In this document: piece by piece, positions 1 through 8,085 of the stretch
How positions within the stretch are numbered: the first letter of the stretch is position 1
Layout of the letters: every line of letters starts with the position of its first letter
The notes under the pieces: generated by a model
Seen by the model: only the letters and a program-made list of their open reading frames with translations
The model's database searches: none
Told to the model about the DNA's origin: nothing
Assembly: GCA_964247135.1 (NCBI GenBank)
Contig: CAXTTL010000105.1
Coordinates: forward strand, 1-16,188
Source: an uncultured Deinococcales bacterium
GTDB lineage: Bacteria > Deinococcota > Deinococci > Deinococcales > JAAFIG01
Length of the DNA stretch: 16,188 nucleotides
Reading direction: 5' to 3'
Made by a program: the position numbers and the translations under genes

Positions 1-46
1 GAGTCCTTTGACCCGTTCAGGATGCCAGCAACAGGACGGGGGCGCG
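1..46 (+). ncRNA. ssrS: Probable 3' end of 6S RNA (truncated by the window edge)
   Basis: CCTTTGACCCGTTCAGGA...ACAGGACGGGGGCGC resembles the 3' part of bacterial 6S RNAs (CCTTGAACC..GTTCAAGG hairpin, then a G-rich closing-stem strand). No ORF covers it. Recognised from memory of the family; the 5' half lies outside the window. Confidence 0.45.
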
Positions 47-88
47 AAAAGAAAGGTAAAGACTGATTTTCATAAATCCTGATGTTGT

Positions 89-1339
89 TTACAAACCAGC
101 TTGGGTGCTGAGTGTCACCATCTCAAAGCCCGCAGCTCGAGCGTCTTGCAACAAGTCCACCAAGATTGGCGCGGTCTGCTGGGCGTTATCGTGAAGCAAG
201 ACGATAGCACCAGGATGCAATCGTCTGAGGAGGCGATTCTCGAGGACAGTTGCACCAAGGTTGTTGAAATCCCCTGGATCATCGGTCCAAAACGCGGTCG
301 TCATGCCGAGTTGCCGTGCGATTTTCAAGACGTTGCTCGAGTAACGCCCGCCAGGAGGACGGAAGAAACGTACGGGTTTGCCACTGATGGCGCTAATCAC
401 CCGATTCGCTCGAGCGAGTTCGGTTCGGATGGCAGCGTTCGAGAGGTTGTTCAGACGCACATGATGGTAGGTGTGGTTGGCGAGTTCGTGTCCATCCTTC
501 ACCAGGTCGCGCACGAAATAAGGGTACGCCTCGACATTGCGACCCACCAGGAAAAAGGTTGCCTTGCCACCACCAAATTTAAGCGCATCGAGCACCAACG
601 GCGCGTAGATGGGATGCACCGCATCGTCAATCGTCAATGCCACCCGTTTTGAGTTTGGCGAGCCATGATAGTACACGAGGTGCGAAGGCTGAAAACCATT
701 TTGCGCCTGCTCGAGTTTTAACGCCCGTTGTGTTTGCACATCTGCGCTCGAACCCTCGAGCTTTGGTTTGATTTCTTTTACTGTTGGATCGGTTGCGCCG
801 GTGGCTTCGATTTCTGGAGCCTCTGGCGTATTTGGATTGACCCACAAGCGGTCGTAATCATCTTTTCCAGGTTTGAGGTTCAAAAATTCTGCAAGGCGGG
901 CGCGTGGCACACTGGCGGTGAAGTACGGCAGTGGTCCACCGAATCCAGCGTAATCCTCACGGCGGTAAACGCTGACATCCACTTCAGCCAAGCTTGGTCG
1001 CGCCCCAAATGCCTGTTTCACCACCATTTGCGCCAGTGGCAAAATCAAATCAAGCTTGCCGTTTTTGCTTGGCACAAGCACCAGCGCTCCAGCCACCTCG
1101 ATGTGACCATTGCTCAGATACTCGAGCTTTGCAAGTTCGCGGATTCTGGGCACGAGTTTGATTTTGGAGAGTGCCGCGACTTTCCTGAAACCTGGTGCAA
1201 TTGGTTGTCGTGCGCCGGGTGTGGCTTGATTGAGCGTGAGGCTTGGCATTGTTGAAATGGTGTTTGGATTTGGACGGGCAAACGACCACGATCCTACGGC
1301 AACGGCAAGCAGCATAACGATGATCCATACATGTTTCAC
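89..1339 (-). CDS. Exported polysaccharide deacetylase (CE4/NodB domain) with an N-terminal domain of unknown function
   Basis: C-terminal CE4 motifs TIDDA, HELANHTYHH, RFFRPPGG, DPGDF and IVLLHD. Hydrophobic N-terminal signal. GTG at 1339 follows an AGGAG RBS; the ORF track start TTG 1375 is in frame but has no RBS. Confidence 0.9.
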   Translation of the reverse strand: MKHVWIIVMLLAVAVGSWSFARPNPNTISTMPSLTLNQATPGARQPIAPGFRKVAALSKIKLVPRIRELAKLEYLSNGHIEVAGALVLVPSKNGKLDLILPLAQMVVKQAFGARPSLAEVDVSVYRREDYAGFGGPLPYFTASVPRARLAEFLNLKPGKDDYDRLWVNPNTPEAPEIEATGATDPTVKEIKPKLEGSSADVQTQRALKLEQAQNGFQPSHLVYYHGSPNSKRVALTIDDAVHPIYAPLVLDALKFGGGKATFFLVGRNVEAYPYFVRDLVKDGHELANHTYHHVRLNNLSNAAIRTELARANRVISAISGKPVRFFRPPGGRYSSNVLKIARQLGMTTAFWTDDPGDFNNLGATVLENRLLRRLHPGAIVLLHDNAQQTAPILVDLLQDARAAGFEMVTLSTQAGL

Positions 1340-1390
1340 AAGGTCTCCTGATACGTTTTTTGCACTTTGCTTCAATTGACCTGTCGCTGT

Positions 1391-1573
1391 TCAAGGCAAG
1401 ATATTGACCGCCCGACCAGCGACCAATGCCACCGTCACTGGTGTAAGCAGTGCCAATTCAAAGGTGGAAGCCAACCAATTTGGTTCGAGCGTCAATTTCT
1501 CGAGCAAGGTCAACTGAAATCCCGATGATAATGATGACCGCCACCGTGGCAGGCAAGCAGCTTCTGAGCGCAT
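1391..1573 (-). CDS. Small 60-aa ORF, possibly a leaderless small protein or a decayed membrane-protein remnant
   Basis: ATG lies exactly 6 nt after a TGn-CAAAGT extended -10 and 21 nt after a conserved box, mirroring the divergent gene at 1659. The C-terminal half is hydrophobic. No family recognised. Confidence 0.4.
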   Translation of the reverse strand: MRSEAACLPRWRSSLSSGFQLTLLEKLTLEPNWLASTFELALLTPVTVALVAGRAVNILP

Positions 1574-1658
1574 GTTGCCACTTTGTCACTGCGAGGTTTA
1601 GGTTCGGTATAGAAAAGTCTTATACCAAACCTAAACCAGCAGGTGGCATTCTGAAGCC
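1574..1658. promoter_or_regulatory. Symmetric divergent promoter pair with two inverted 17-bp tandem-repeat boxes (1595-1611 and 1621-1637)
   Basis: Plus strand: TATACCAAACCTAAACC-AGCAGG-TGG-CATTCT-GAAGCC-ATG(1659). Minus strand: TATACCGAACCTAAACC-TCGCAG-TGA-CAAAGT-GGCAAC-ATG(1573). Spacing is identical on both sides. Confidence 0.75.
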
Positions 1659-2060
1659 ATGAAACCAATCGTTCACCCCAACCACGCGTTGCCACCCAGT
1701 CAAAACCAGGCGATGCAGGTGTTCCACGATGACCTCGAGCCAGCAGCGCCCATATACCAGCGTGTAATTCCAGAATCAGCCGCCCATACGCTGGCGCTCG
1801 GTACAACCGATTACGGTGCAAACTATTACCTGAACGGAAAACCTTTGTATGACGGGTCAAAAATTGCGCTCGAGGTCTTCTGGGGCTGGATCGAGGGTTT
1901 GTTTACTTGGACGGGCAACTTGTACGACCAACCAAAACTGGTGTTCTTTGGGGGTCAAACTGCACTCGTCCTCGAGCCGACTGCGGTGTTGAGTTGGATG
2001 AATCCATGCGCGGCATCATTAAACCCAACGCGTCAACGCAAAGTCTCAGTCAGAGGTTGA
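1659..2060 (+). CDS. Hypothetical protein, possibly a DUF5348-like small beta domain
   Basis: 133-aa ORF with a leaderless promoter directly upstream. The segment YYLNGKPLYDGSKIALEVFWGWIEG loosely recalls DUF5348 proteins (weak, from memory). Confidence 0.65.
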   Translation: MKPIVHPNHALPPSQNQAMQVFHDDLEPAAPIYQRVIPESAAHTLALGTTDYGANYYLNGKPLYDGSKIALEVFWGWIEGLFTWTGNLYDQPKLVFFGGQTALVLEPTAVLSWMNPCAASLNPTRQRKVSVRG

Positions 2061-2359
2061 CCAATCCACCGAGCCTCGAGCAACTTGCTTTTTGCATCGC
2101 AACGCGTGAACCGACCAGGGGTTTGACGGGTTCAGGTCACACGGACTCAAATTGCTTGCGGCTGATTTTCTCGAGCCAAAAGGCATCACACGTTCCTTGA
2201 ATCGAGCGATGCAGGACTTCATCTCGAGTTCATTGGATCGGTAAATACTCGAGTATTAAAAGAAGGTGGGTGGAAGCGTTTGAACATGACAAAAACGACG
2301 AGGTTTGAACAGTCACCATTTTCATGGCTGCGAGATTTCTCAGCCACCGCGACACTTTA

Positions 2360-4258
2360 ATGCGCCGCATCAGCCTGGCTGACCGCATCCGTTACCGTTT
2401 TGACAGCGAAGTCGCTCGAGGTCCATCGGTCTTGGTGGTCTGGTTGATCGTCTTCGCCTTGCTGCTGGTGCTGATCTTGGCGTTCGCGGTGGTCATCACC
2501 CACCTCAGTCCATCCCAAGACAACAAAGTGCCCAGTGTCACGCAACAGCTTTGGACTGGACTGCTGCACTTTTTGGACAACGGCAACATCTCCAACGATG
2601 CCCTGGCTGGCGGTTGGGGTTATGTGCTCCTGATGCTCACCATCACCCTGGTTGGCATCCTCTTCTCGGGGGCATTGACGGGGATTATCACCAACGGGCT
2701 TGCCGCCAGACTCGATGCGATGCGCAAGGGTCGCTCGTTCGTGGTCGAAACCAACCACACCCTGATCCTCGGCTGGTCAAGCCAGATCATGCCCGTGATC
2801 GAAGAACTGGTGCTCGCCCACAACAATGGAACTCGAGCCTGCATTGTGATCTTGGCAGACCGCGATAAGGTCGAGATGGAAGACCAAATTCATGCCAAAC
2901 TGCCCAAAACAGGAATGGTTAAAATCGTTTGCCGCACCGGAGACCCAATCGACCTGACCGATCTCGAGTTGGTCAACCCGCACGCCGCCAAAAGCATCAT
3001 CGTGCTCGCCCCCGATGAAACCTCACCGGATTCCTCGGTCATCAGTTCGGTGCTGGCGATCACCAACAACCCCAACCGCCGCACCGAGCCGTACCACATC
3101 GTGGCGGTGATTCACGATGAGCACAACCTCGAGGCTGCCAAACTGGTCGGGCAGGAGGAGGCAGAATTTGTCTTGGCGGGACAATTGATCTCGAAAATCA
3201 CCGCCCAAACCTGCCGTCAATCGGGACTCAGTGTGGTCTATAGCGAATTGCTGTCCTTTGCTGGGAATGAAATCTACCGCTTGAGCCTGAGTGAGTTTTG
3301 GGGGAAAACATTTGCCGAGACCCTCTTTGCCTTCGAGCAAGCCAGTGTGATCGGACTGATTGAGCCAAACGGTACGGTTCGCTTAAACCCACCGTCAACG
3401 ACCGTACTCGAGGGGCAATCGCAACTGATTGTGATCGCGCAGGATTCGACTTCAATCCGACCCTCGAGCCGCCAAGCACTGATTGATCCAAACCTCATCG
3501 TCAAGGCACAAGCGCCAACCAAAACCACCGAAAGCACCCTGATTCTGGGGTGGAATCGCCGTGCCATGACAATCATCGATGAACTCGACGGCTATGTGAT
3601 GGCTGGCTCGAGCGTCACGGTGGTGGCTGATCTCGAGCAACCAAATGATTTCAACCAAAGCAACCGTGGCATCCGGCAACAAAGCCTTCGTTTTCAACGG
3701 GGTGATCCCACCGACCGCCGCGTCCTCACGGCGCTCAACCCCGAGCGTTACGATCATGTGGTCGTGCTAGCGAGCGAGGCGCTCAGCCCCAAACAGGCGG
3801 ACGCGGCAACCCTGGTCACGCTGCTGCACCTGCGTGAACTGAAAAGCCGTGCAAAAGCCGAGTTCACCATCGTCTCCGAGATGCTCGACCCGCGCAACCG
3901 CGAACTGGCTGAAGTCACGCAAGCCGATGATTTTATCATCAGCGAACGCCTGGTCAGCTTGGTCGTGGCGCAACTCAGCGAGGACTGGACGCGAGCCACG
4001 ATCCTCAAAACACTGTTCTCGAGCTTGGGCGGCGAGTTGTACCTCAAACCCATCTCGAGCTACGTCAAAACCGGAATCCCCGTTTCGTTCGATACCGTGC
4101 TGGAAGCCACGCGGTCTCGAGGGGAACTCGCCATCGGTTACAGGTTGTTGCGCTACGGGCGGGATGCCAGCAAAAACGAGGGCGTGGTGCTGAACCCAAA
4201 AAAGTCTGAGCTGATTGTTTTTGCCCCAGAGGATAAAGTCATCGTGGTCGCCGACTGA
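2360..4258 (+). CDS. CASTOR/POLLUX/DMI1-like ion channel (TM-pore-TM plus tandem RCK domains)
   Basis: N-terminal RIRYRFD, then TM1, pore helix LWTGLLHFLDNGN, TM2, RKGRSFVVETNHTLILGWS, CRTGDP, a second RCK starting LILGWN, and SEMLDPRNRELA. The start may be the in-frame ATG at 2324; 2360 better matches typical homolog N-termini. Confidence 0.88.
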   Translation: MRRISLADRIRYRFDSEVARGPSVLVVWLIVFALLLVLILAFAVVITHLSPSQDNKVPSVTQQLWTGLLHFLDNGNISNDALAGGWGYVLLMLTITLVGILFSGALTGIITNGLAARLDAMRKGRSFVVETNHTLILGWSSQIMPVIEELVLAHNNGTRACIVILADRDKVEMEDQIHAKLPKTGMVKIVCRTGDPIDLTDLELVNPHAAKSIIVLAPDETSPDSSVISSVLAITNNPNRRTEPYHIVAVIHDEHNLEAAKLVGQEEAEFVLAGQLISKITAQTCRQSGLSVVYSELLSFAGNEIYRLSLSEFWGKTFAETLFAFEQASVIGLIEPNGTVRLNPPSTTVLEGQSQLIVIAQDSTSIRPSSRQALIDPNLIVKAQAPTKTTESTLILGWNRRAMTIIDELDGYVMAGSSVTVVADLEQPNDFNQSNRGIRQQSLRFQRGDPTDRRVLTALNPERYDHVVVLASEALSPKQADAATLVTLLHLRELKSRAKAEFTIVSEMLDPRNRELAEVTQADDFIISERLVSLVVAQLSEDWTRATILKTLFSSLGGELYLKPISSYVKTGIPVSFDTVLEATRSRGELAIGYRLLRYGRDASKNEGVVLNPKKSELIVFAPEDKVIVVAD

Positions 4259-4275
4259 GTGGAATGGAGGATCGC

Positions 4276-4671
4276 GTGAAGCGATTGATGGTTTTAAGCC
4301 TACTGGTGGTGATTTGGAGTGTTCTGGCGACACCCTCCAAACCTGATGCCATGAGCGCTCGAGGTCAACAGATCAGTCATTCGCTGGCAGTGTTGCTTCA
4401 CGGCACGTCCAAAGTCTGTCCGATGTCCAACCAGGATCAGCCAGACCCGCGATGGAATTGTATTTCCAGTGAGTTGACTTTAGACCAGGTTGAGAACTTG
4501 ATGTCTCGAGCGACAAAAGGAAGCGGCGCACTGACTGGTTTAAAACAAACCGATCCTTGGGACGATGATGCCGGAACGCATTTGAGTTTCGGAGACTCGA
4601 GTTTGTACTCAGCCAATGTTTTTGTTGAAAACCAATCGCGGGTGTTGGTGCTGCATGAAATTCACCCTTGA
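4276..4671 (+). CDS. Hypothetical secreted protein
   Basis: GGAGG RBS at 4266-4270 before GTG 4276. Signal peptide MKRLMVLSLLVVIWSVLA. Two Cys. Lies 17 nt after the channel stop. Confidence 0.7.
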   Translation: MKRLMVLSLLVVIWSVLATPSKPDAMSARGQQISHSLAVLLHGTSKVCPMSNQDQPDPRWNCISSELTLDQVENLMSRATKGSGALTGLKQTDPWDDDAGTHLSFGDSSLYSANVFVENQSRVLVLHEIHP

Positions 4672-4758
4672 TGATGCACCCATTTTACAAACCAAAATCA
4701 CTGTTCCACAGCTTCATGATGCTATATTCAGACTGATCCAAGAATTTAATCCTCGAGT

Positions 4759-4806
4759 GATGGCGGGGTTTTGTGTTGGTCGGATAGACCACTCAAACCC
4801 GCCATC
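4759..4806 (+). other. Intergenic stem-loop upstream of the small ORF/ROK operon
   Basis: GATGGCGGG (4759-4767) pairs with CCCGCCATC (4798-4806). Inner TGGTC/GACCA stem with a GGATA loop. No U-tract. Confidence 0.55.
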
Positions 4807-4830
4807 TGATCCACCGAAAGGAAAACTGAC

Positions 4831-4986
4831 ATGACCATGACCCCTATGTTGTACCAAAACAGCTTGTTATCTCCGCCGCGAATTCACACTCGAGATGGAC
4901 TCGAGTTGGACCAATTCAAGCAAGTCGCAGGTTTGTCTGCCAACACGCGAATTGCCTTCAACACAATTGCCCAGGTATTGCAATGA
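4831..4986 (+). CDS. Small 51-aa ORF translationally coupled to the ROK kinase
   Basis: GAAAGGA RBS before ATG 4831. Reads MTMTPMLYQNSLLSPPRIHTRDGLELDQFKQVAGLSANTRIAFNTIAQVLQ. Its TGA overlaps the ROK ATG (ATGA 4983-4986). Absent from the ORF track, whose shortest entry is 60 aa. Confidence 0.5.
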   Translation: MTMTPMLYQNSLLSPPRIHTRDGLELDQFKQVAGLSANTRIAFNTIAQVLQ

Positions 4987-5696
4987 AGGTGCTGGTCATT
5001 GACGTAGGCGGAACGCACGTCAAAATCCTGGTTAGCGGTCAGACCGAGATGCGCCGCTTCGATTCCAATCCAAAACTGACCCCAGAAAAAATGATCGTGC
5101 AGGTGCTCGAGTTGTCCAAAGGCTGGGATTTCGAGGTCATCAGCCTGGGTTATCCAGGCTCGGTGCTGCACGGCAAACCACTGGTAGAACCAAGCAATCT
5201 GGGCAAAGGCTGGGTTGGCTTTGATTACGCCAAAGCCTTGGGTAAGCCCGTCAAGATCATCAACGATGCCGCGATGCAGGCGCTCGGCGGTTATTCATCG
5301 GGGAAAATGTTGTTTCTGGGATTGGGGACTGGTCTTGGAACGGCGATGATCGTCGATGGTCTGATCGAACCGATGGAATTGGCGCACCTGCCATACAAAA
5401 AAGCCACCTTTGAAGATTATGTCGGTCAGCGCGGTCTTGACAAAAATGGCAAGAAAAAATGGGAAGCCGATGTCAATGATGTGATTGAACGCTTGCGCCT
5501 GGCGCTCGAGCCAGACGAGGTGGTGCTCGGCGGTGGCAACGCTGCCAAGCTCAAAAAACTCCCCGCGAAGGTCAGACTCGGCGACAACGCCAACGCGTTT
5601 AAGGGTGGTTTCGCGCTCTGGGAGGGGGCTGCCACGACCGTAAATGCGAGCACGACACCAGCACCTCAAGCTTCAAAAAAGCCAGCGAAAAAATAA
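4983..5696 (+). CDS. ROK-family sugar kinase, polyphosphate glucokinase-like
   Basis: IDVGGTHVK phosphate-1 motif, GYPG, INDAAMQA, LGLGTGLG, MELAHL and VLGGGNA. Low-complexity Lys/Pro/Ala C-terminal tail. Confidence 0.88.
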   Translation: MKVLVIDVGGTHVKILVSGQTEMRRFDSNPKLTPEKMIVQVLELSKGWDFEVISLGYPGSVLHGKPLVEPSNLGKGWVGFDYAKALGKPVKIINDAAMQALGGYSSGKMLFLGLGTGLGTAMIVDGLIEPMELAHLPYKKATFEDYVGQRGLDKNGKKKWEADVNDVIERLRLALEPDEVVLGGGNAAKLKKLPAKVRLGDNANAFKGGFALWEGAATTVNASTTPAPQASKKPAKK

Positions 5697-5710
5697 CCAA
5701 GGAGTCAGTT

Positions 5711-6817
5711 ATGAACTCGAGCCGTCTGCGTTTGCTTTGGATTGCCGGTGTGTTCCTCGCGTTGACCGTCAATGCAAGCGCGGCGAGAAATCCGCAACTT
5801 CGCGTCCCAGCAGGGTTTTCAGTGCAGACCTACGCCACTGGACTCAAAGGCGTTCGGTTGATGGCACTCGCTCCCAACGGTGATCTGTTCGTGAGCGAAA
5901 CCAAAGCCGGTCGGGTGCTTGTCTTGCCTGACCGCAATCACGATGGGCGACCAGATCGGGCGGTTGTCTTCGCCTCTGGTTTGAATCGACCTCATGGCTT
6001 GGCATTTCACGGCGGCTTTTTGTATGTGGCAAACACCAATGCGGTGCTGCGCTTTGCCTACCGAGATGGTGATCTCAAAGCCCGCACCCGAGGGATTCGG
6101 GTGGTGAGCCTGCCAGATGGGGGCGAGCACTTCACCCGCAGCTTGGTGTTCGGTTCAGATGATTTGATGTACGTTTCCATCGGCTCGAGCTGCAATGTCT
6201 GCGAGGAGTCTAACCCGCAACGGGCTGCGGTCTGGGTCTACGACGCCAACGGACAGCACGGGCAGCGCTTTGCCAGTGGATTGCGCAACGCCGTTGGTTT
6301 GACCTGGTTTCAAGGTCAGCTTTACGCCAGCGCCAACGGACGTGATTACCTCGGGGATAACCTGCCCCCAGAGGCGTTCTACCAACTGAACGCGGGCGGC
6401 TTTTATGGCTGGCCATATTGCTATCCTCGAGCGAACGGTCTTCAAGTTTTTGATGCTCGTTTTGGCAAGCAACATCCAAAACTCTGCAACACGGCGCAGA
6501 AAGCTTTTGCGACCATCACCGCCCATTCGGCACCGCTCGGGTTGAGGTTTTACACGGGTCTCAGTTTCCCAGCTTCCTATCAAGGGATGCTGTTTGTGGC
6601 GCTGCACGGTTCAATGAACCGCTCGAGAAAATCGGGTTACAAAGTCATTGTGCTCAACCCCAAGACTGGGCAAAGCCAGGATTTTCTGACGGGCTTTCTG
6701 TCTGGTCAAACCACCCTGGGACGACCCGTGGACGTGATTGTCAACAGCGACGGCGCACTTTTGGTCAGCGACGATTTCAATGGCACGATCTACCGCATCA
6801 GCTACACCAAAAATTGA
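5711..6817 (+). CDS. Exported PQQ-dependent sugar/L-sorbosone dehydrogenase family beta-propeller
   Basis: AAGGAG RBS and signal peptide. Motifs GLNRPHGLAF, SIGSSCNVCEE, GLRNAVG, YGWPYC, HSAPLGL, ALHGS, GRPVDV and LVSDD. Confidence 0.88.
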   Translation: MNSSRLRLLWIAGVFLALTVNASAARNPQLRVPAGFSVQTYATGLKGVRLMALAPNGDLFVSETKAGRVLVLPDRNHDGRPDRAVVFASGLNRPHGLAFHGGFLYVANTNAVLRFAYRDGDLKARTRGIRVVSLPDGGEHFTRSLVFGSDDLMYVSIGSSCNVCEESNPQRAAVWVYDANGQHGQRFASGLRNAVGLTWFQGQLYASANGRDYLGDNLPPEAFYQLNAGGFYGWPYCYPRANGLQVFDARFGKQHPKLCNTAQKAFATITAHSAPLGLRFYTGLSFPASYQGMLFVALHGSMNRSRKSGYKVIVLNPKTGQSQDFLTGFLSGQTTLGRPVDVIVNSDGALLVSDDFNGTIYRISYTKN

Positions 6818-6831
6818 GCCTGTGAAACCAT

Positions 6832-7761
6832 TCAGCGCAGATTGGTCTTAAAAAAAGCTGTCGCCCTCGAGATCAACAACGCGTCATTTGCCCCTTGAAA
6901 GGTATGCCCTGCCTTAGGGTAGGTGTAGCACGAGACTTGCTTGCCAAGTGCTTTGAGTTTCTGGCACAACTCGAGCGACCAACCGAGCGGCACTTGGCTG
7001 TCACGCCCACCGTGGTGGATGCTGACGGCTGCCCGAATGCGACCCAGAAACCCGATGGGTGAAATCTGGGCAAGCAGGGCTGATGTGGCTTTGAGTTCCG
7101 CCAGACCTCGAGTTCCACCCGACAAGACCGTCGAGATGTGCTGAAAGTTGCGTTGTTCATCGCCACTCATCGCACCGTAGAGCAATGCCGCCCGAATGCC
7201 CGCATCTACGGTGATGACCCGCAGGGCGATGCCGCCACCCATGCTGTGCCCAAAAAGCCCAATCGATTTCGGATTGGCTCGCTCGAGTGCGCCAGGCTTG
7301 CCAGCATGAGCGCGAAGGCTGGCGATCAAATTCAGCACATCCAGCGCATAACCCACCCGAAACAAGGGGTCTGGCTTGCCCTGGGACAGCCCATGACCGC
7401 GCAGGTTGGGATGGAGCACCACGAAGCCCGCTCGAGCCAGCGCGTCGGCGTAACGGGTGGTGTAGGGCAATGTGCGGTAGGTGCTTGGGTTGACATGACC
7501 GTGAATCACGATCACCACCGGGTGCAAACCCGTGGTGTTGGGAACATCCATGAATCCGTACTGCCGCAAACCCTCGCTGTTCCAATGCACCAGCGACCGC
7601 GTGAAGCTCCGATTGCGCTCGAGCAGCCGTTCGACCACCAATGCGCCACCATCGTAGCTGCGACTCGAGAGTGCCTTGATGCTGAGGTCAGATTGGGTTT
7701 GGGCACTGACCAAGCCAAAGACCGAAATCAGCATGACCAGAAAGTGCTGGAAGGGTTTCAT
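6832..7761 (-). CDS. Exported alpha/beta hydrolase (S9 prolyl-oligopeptidase-like)
   Basis: Signal peptide, VIHG oxyanion segment, nucleophile GHSMGG, HHGGRD (Asp) and AGH (His). Confidence 0.85.
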   Translation of the reverse strand: MKPFQHFLVMLISVFGLVSAQTQSDLSIKALSSRSYDGGALVVERLLERNRSFTRSLVHWNSEGLRQYGFMDVPNTTGLHPVVIVIHGHVNPSTYRTLPYTTRYADALARAGFVVLHPNLRGHGLSQGKPDPLFRVGYALDVLNLIASLRAHAGKPGALERANPKSIGLFGHSMGGGIALRVITVDAGIRAALLYGAMSGDEQRNFQHISTVLSGGTRGLAELKATSALLAQISPIGFLGRIRAAVSIHHGGRDSQVPLGWSLELCQKLKALGKQVSCYTYPKAGHTFQGANDALLISRATAFFKTNLR

Positions 7762-7773
7762 CTTAAGAGTCTA
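7762..7773 (-). promoter_or_regulatory. -10 element of a probable leaderless promoter
   Basis: TAGACT-CTTAAG-ATG: a TANNNT hexamer 6 nt before the hydrolase ATG, with no Shine-Dalgarno. Confidence 0.6.
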
Positions 7774-8085
7774 GTGCTTCTAAGACCAGCACAATGAGCT
7801 TAAAACCATCGACAAGTCAGAACCAAATGGGTCGTTTAAAAACCACAGAAACTAAAAACGCCCGATGGTCTGTTGCTCGAGGTTTCGGGGTCGTTCCAAG
7901 CCGATTGGGTCTCCGAACAATTTGGGCGAGTGGTTGATCAAACGCATCGGTATCATGTCACCTCATTGGTTTGAGGGTCGCTTCGATTCTTGACAATTGT
8001 GGCTGGTGTAGCTGACCTGTTGCTGACTGAACGTGCGTTAAATACAGCCACTGATTCGTTCATGCGGATTGGCTTTGGAGGCTGG

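Noticed and set aside
1576-1648. Long inverted repeat as a terminator, riboswitch or MITE
   Set aside because: It lies between divergent starts, lacks a U-tract and target duplication, and single arms recur at other promoters, so paired binding boxes explain it better.
2229-2245. Additional regulon box (TTTACCGATCCAATGAA, minus strand)
   Set aside because: Only one half-site matches, there is no -10 at the 9-nt spacing, and there is no downstream gene.
4750-4830. Fluoride, ZTP or SAM riboswitch
   Set aside because: Only GATGG resembles the fluoride aptamer start. The other conserved elements are absent.
7138-7797. 219-aa plus-strand ORF and other long shadow ORFs (e.g. 101-652, 728-1255, 3767-4333, 11940-12404)
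   Set aside because: They are antisense to well-supported genes, show no recognisable motifs, and are expected at this GC content.
7990-8020. TTGACA as the -35 of the ABC operon promoter
   Set aside because: No convincing -10 hexamer at 16-18 nt spacing.
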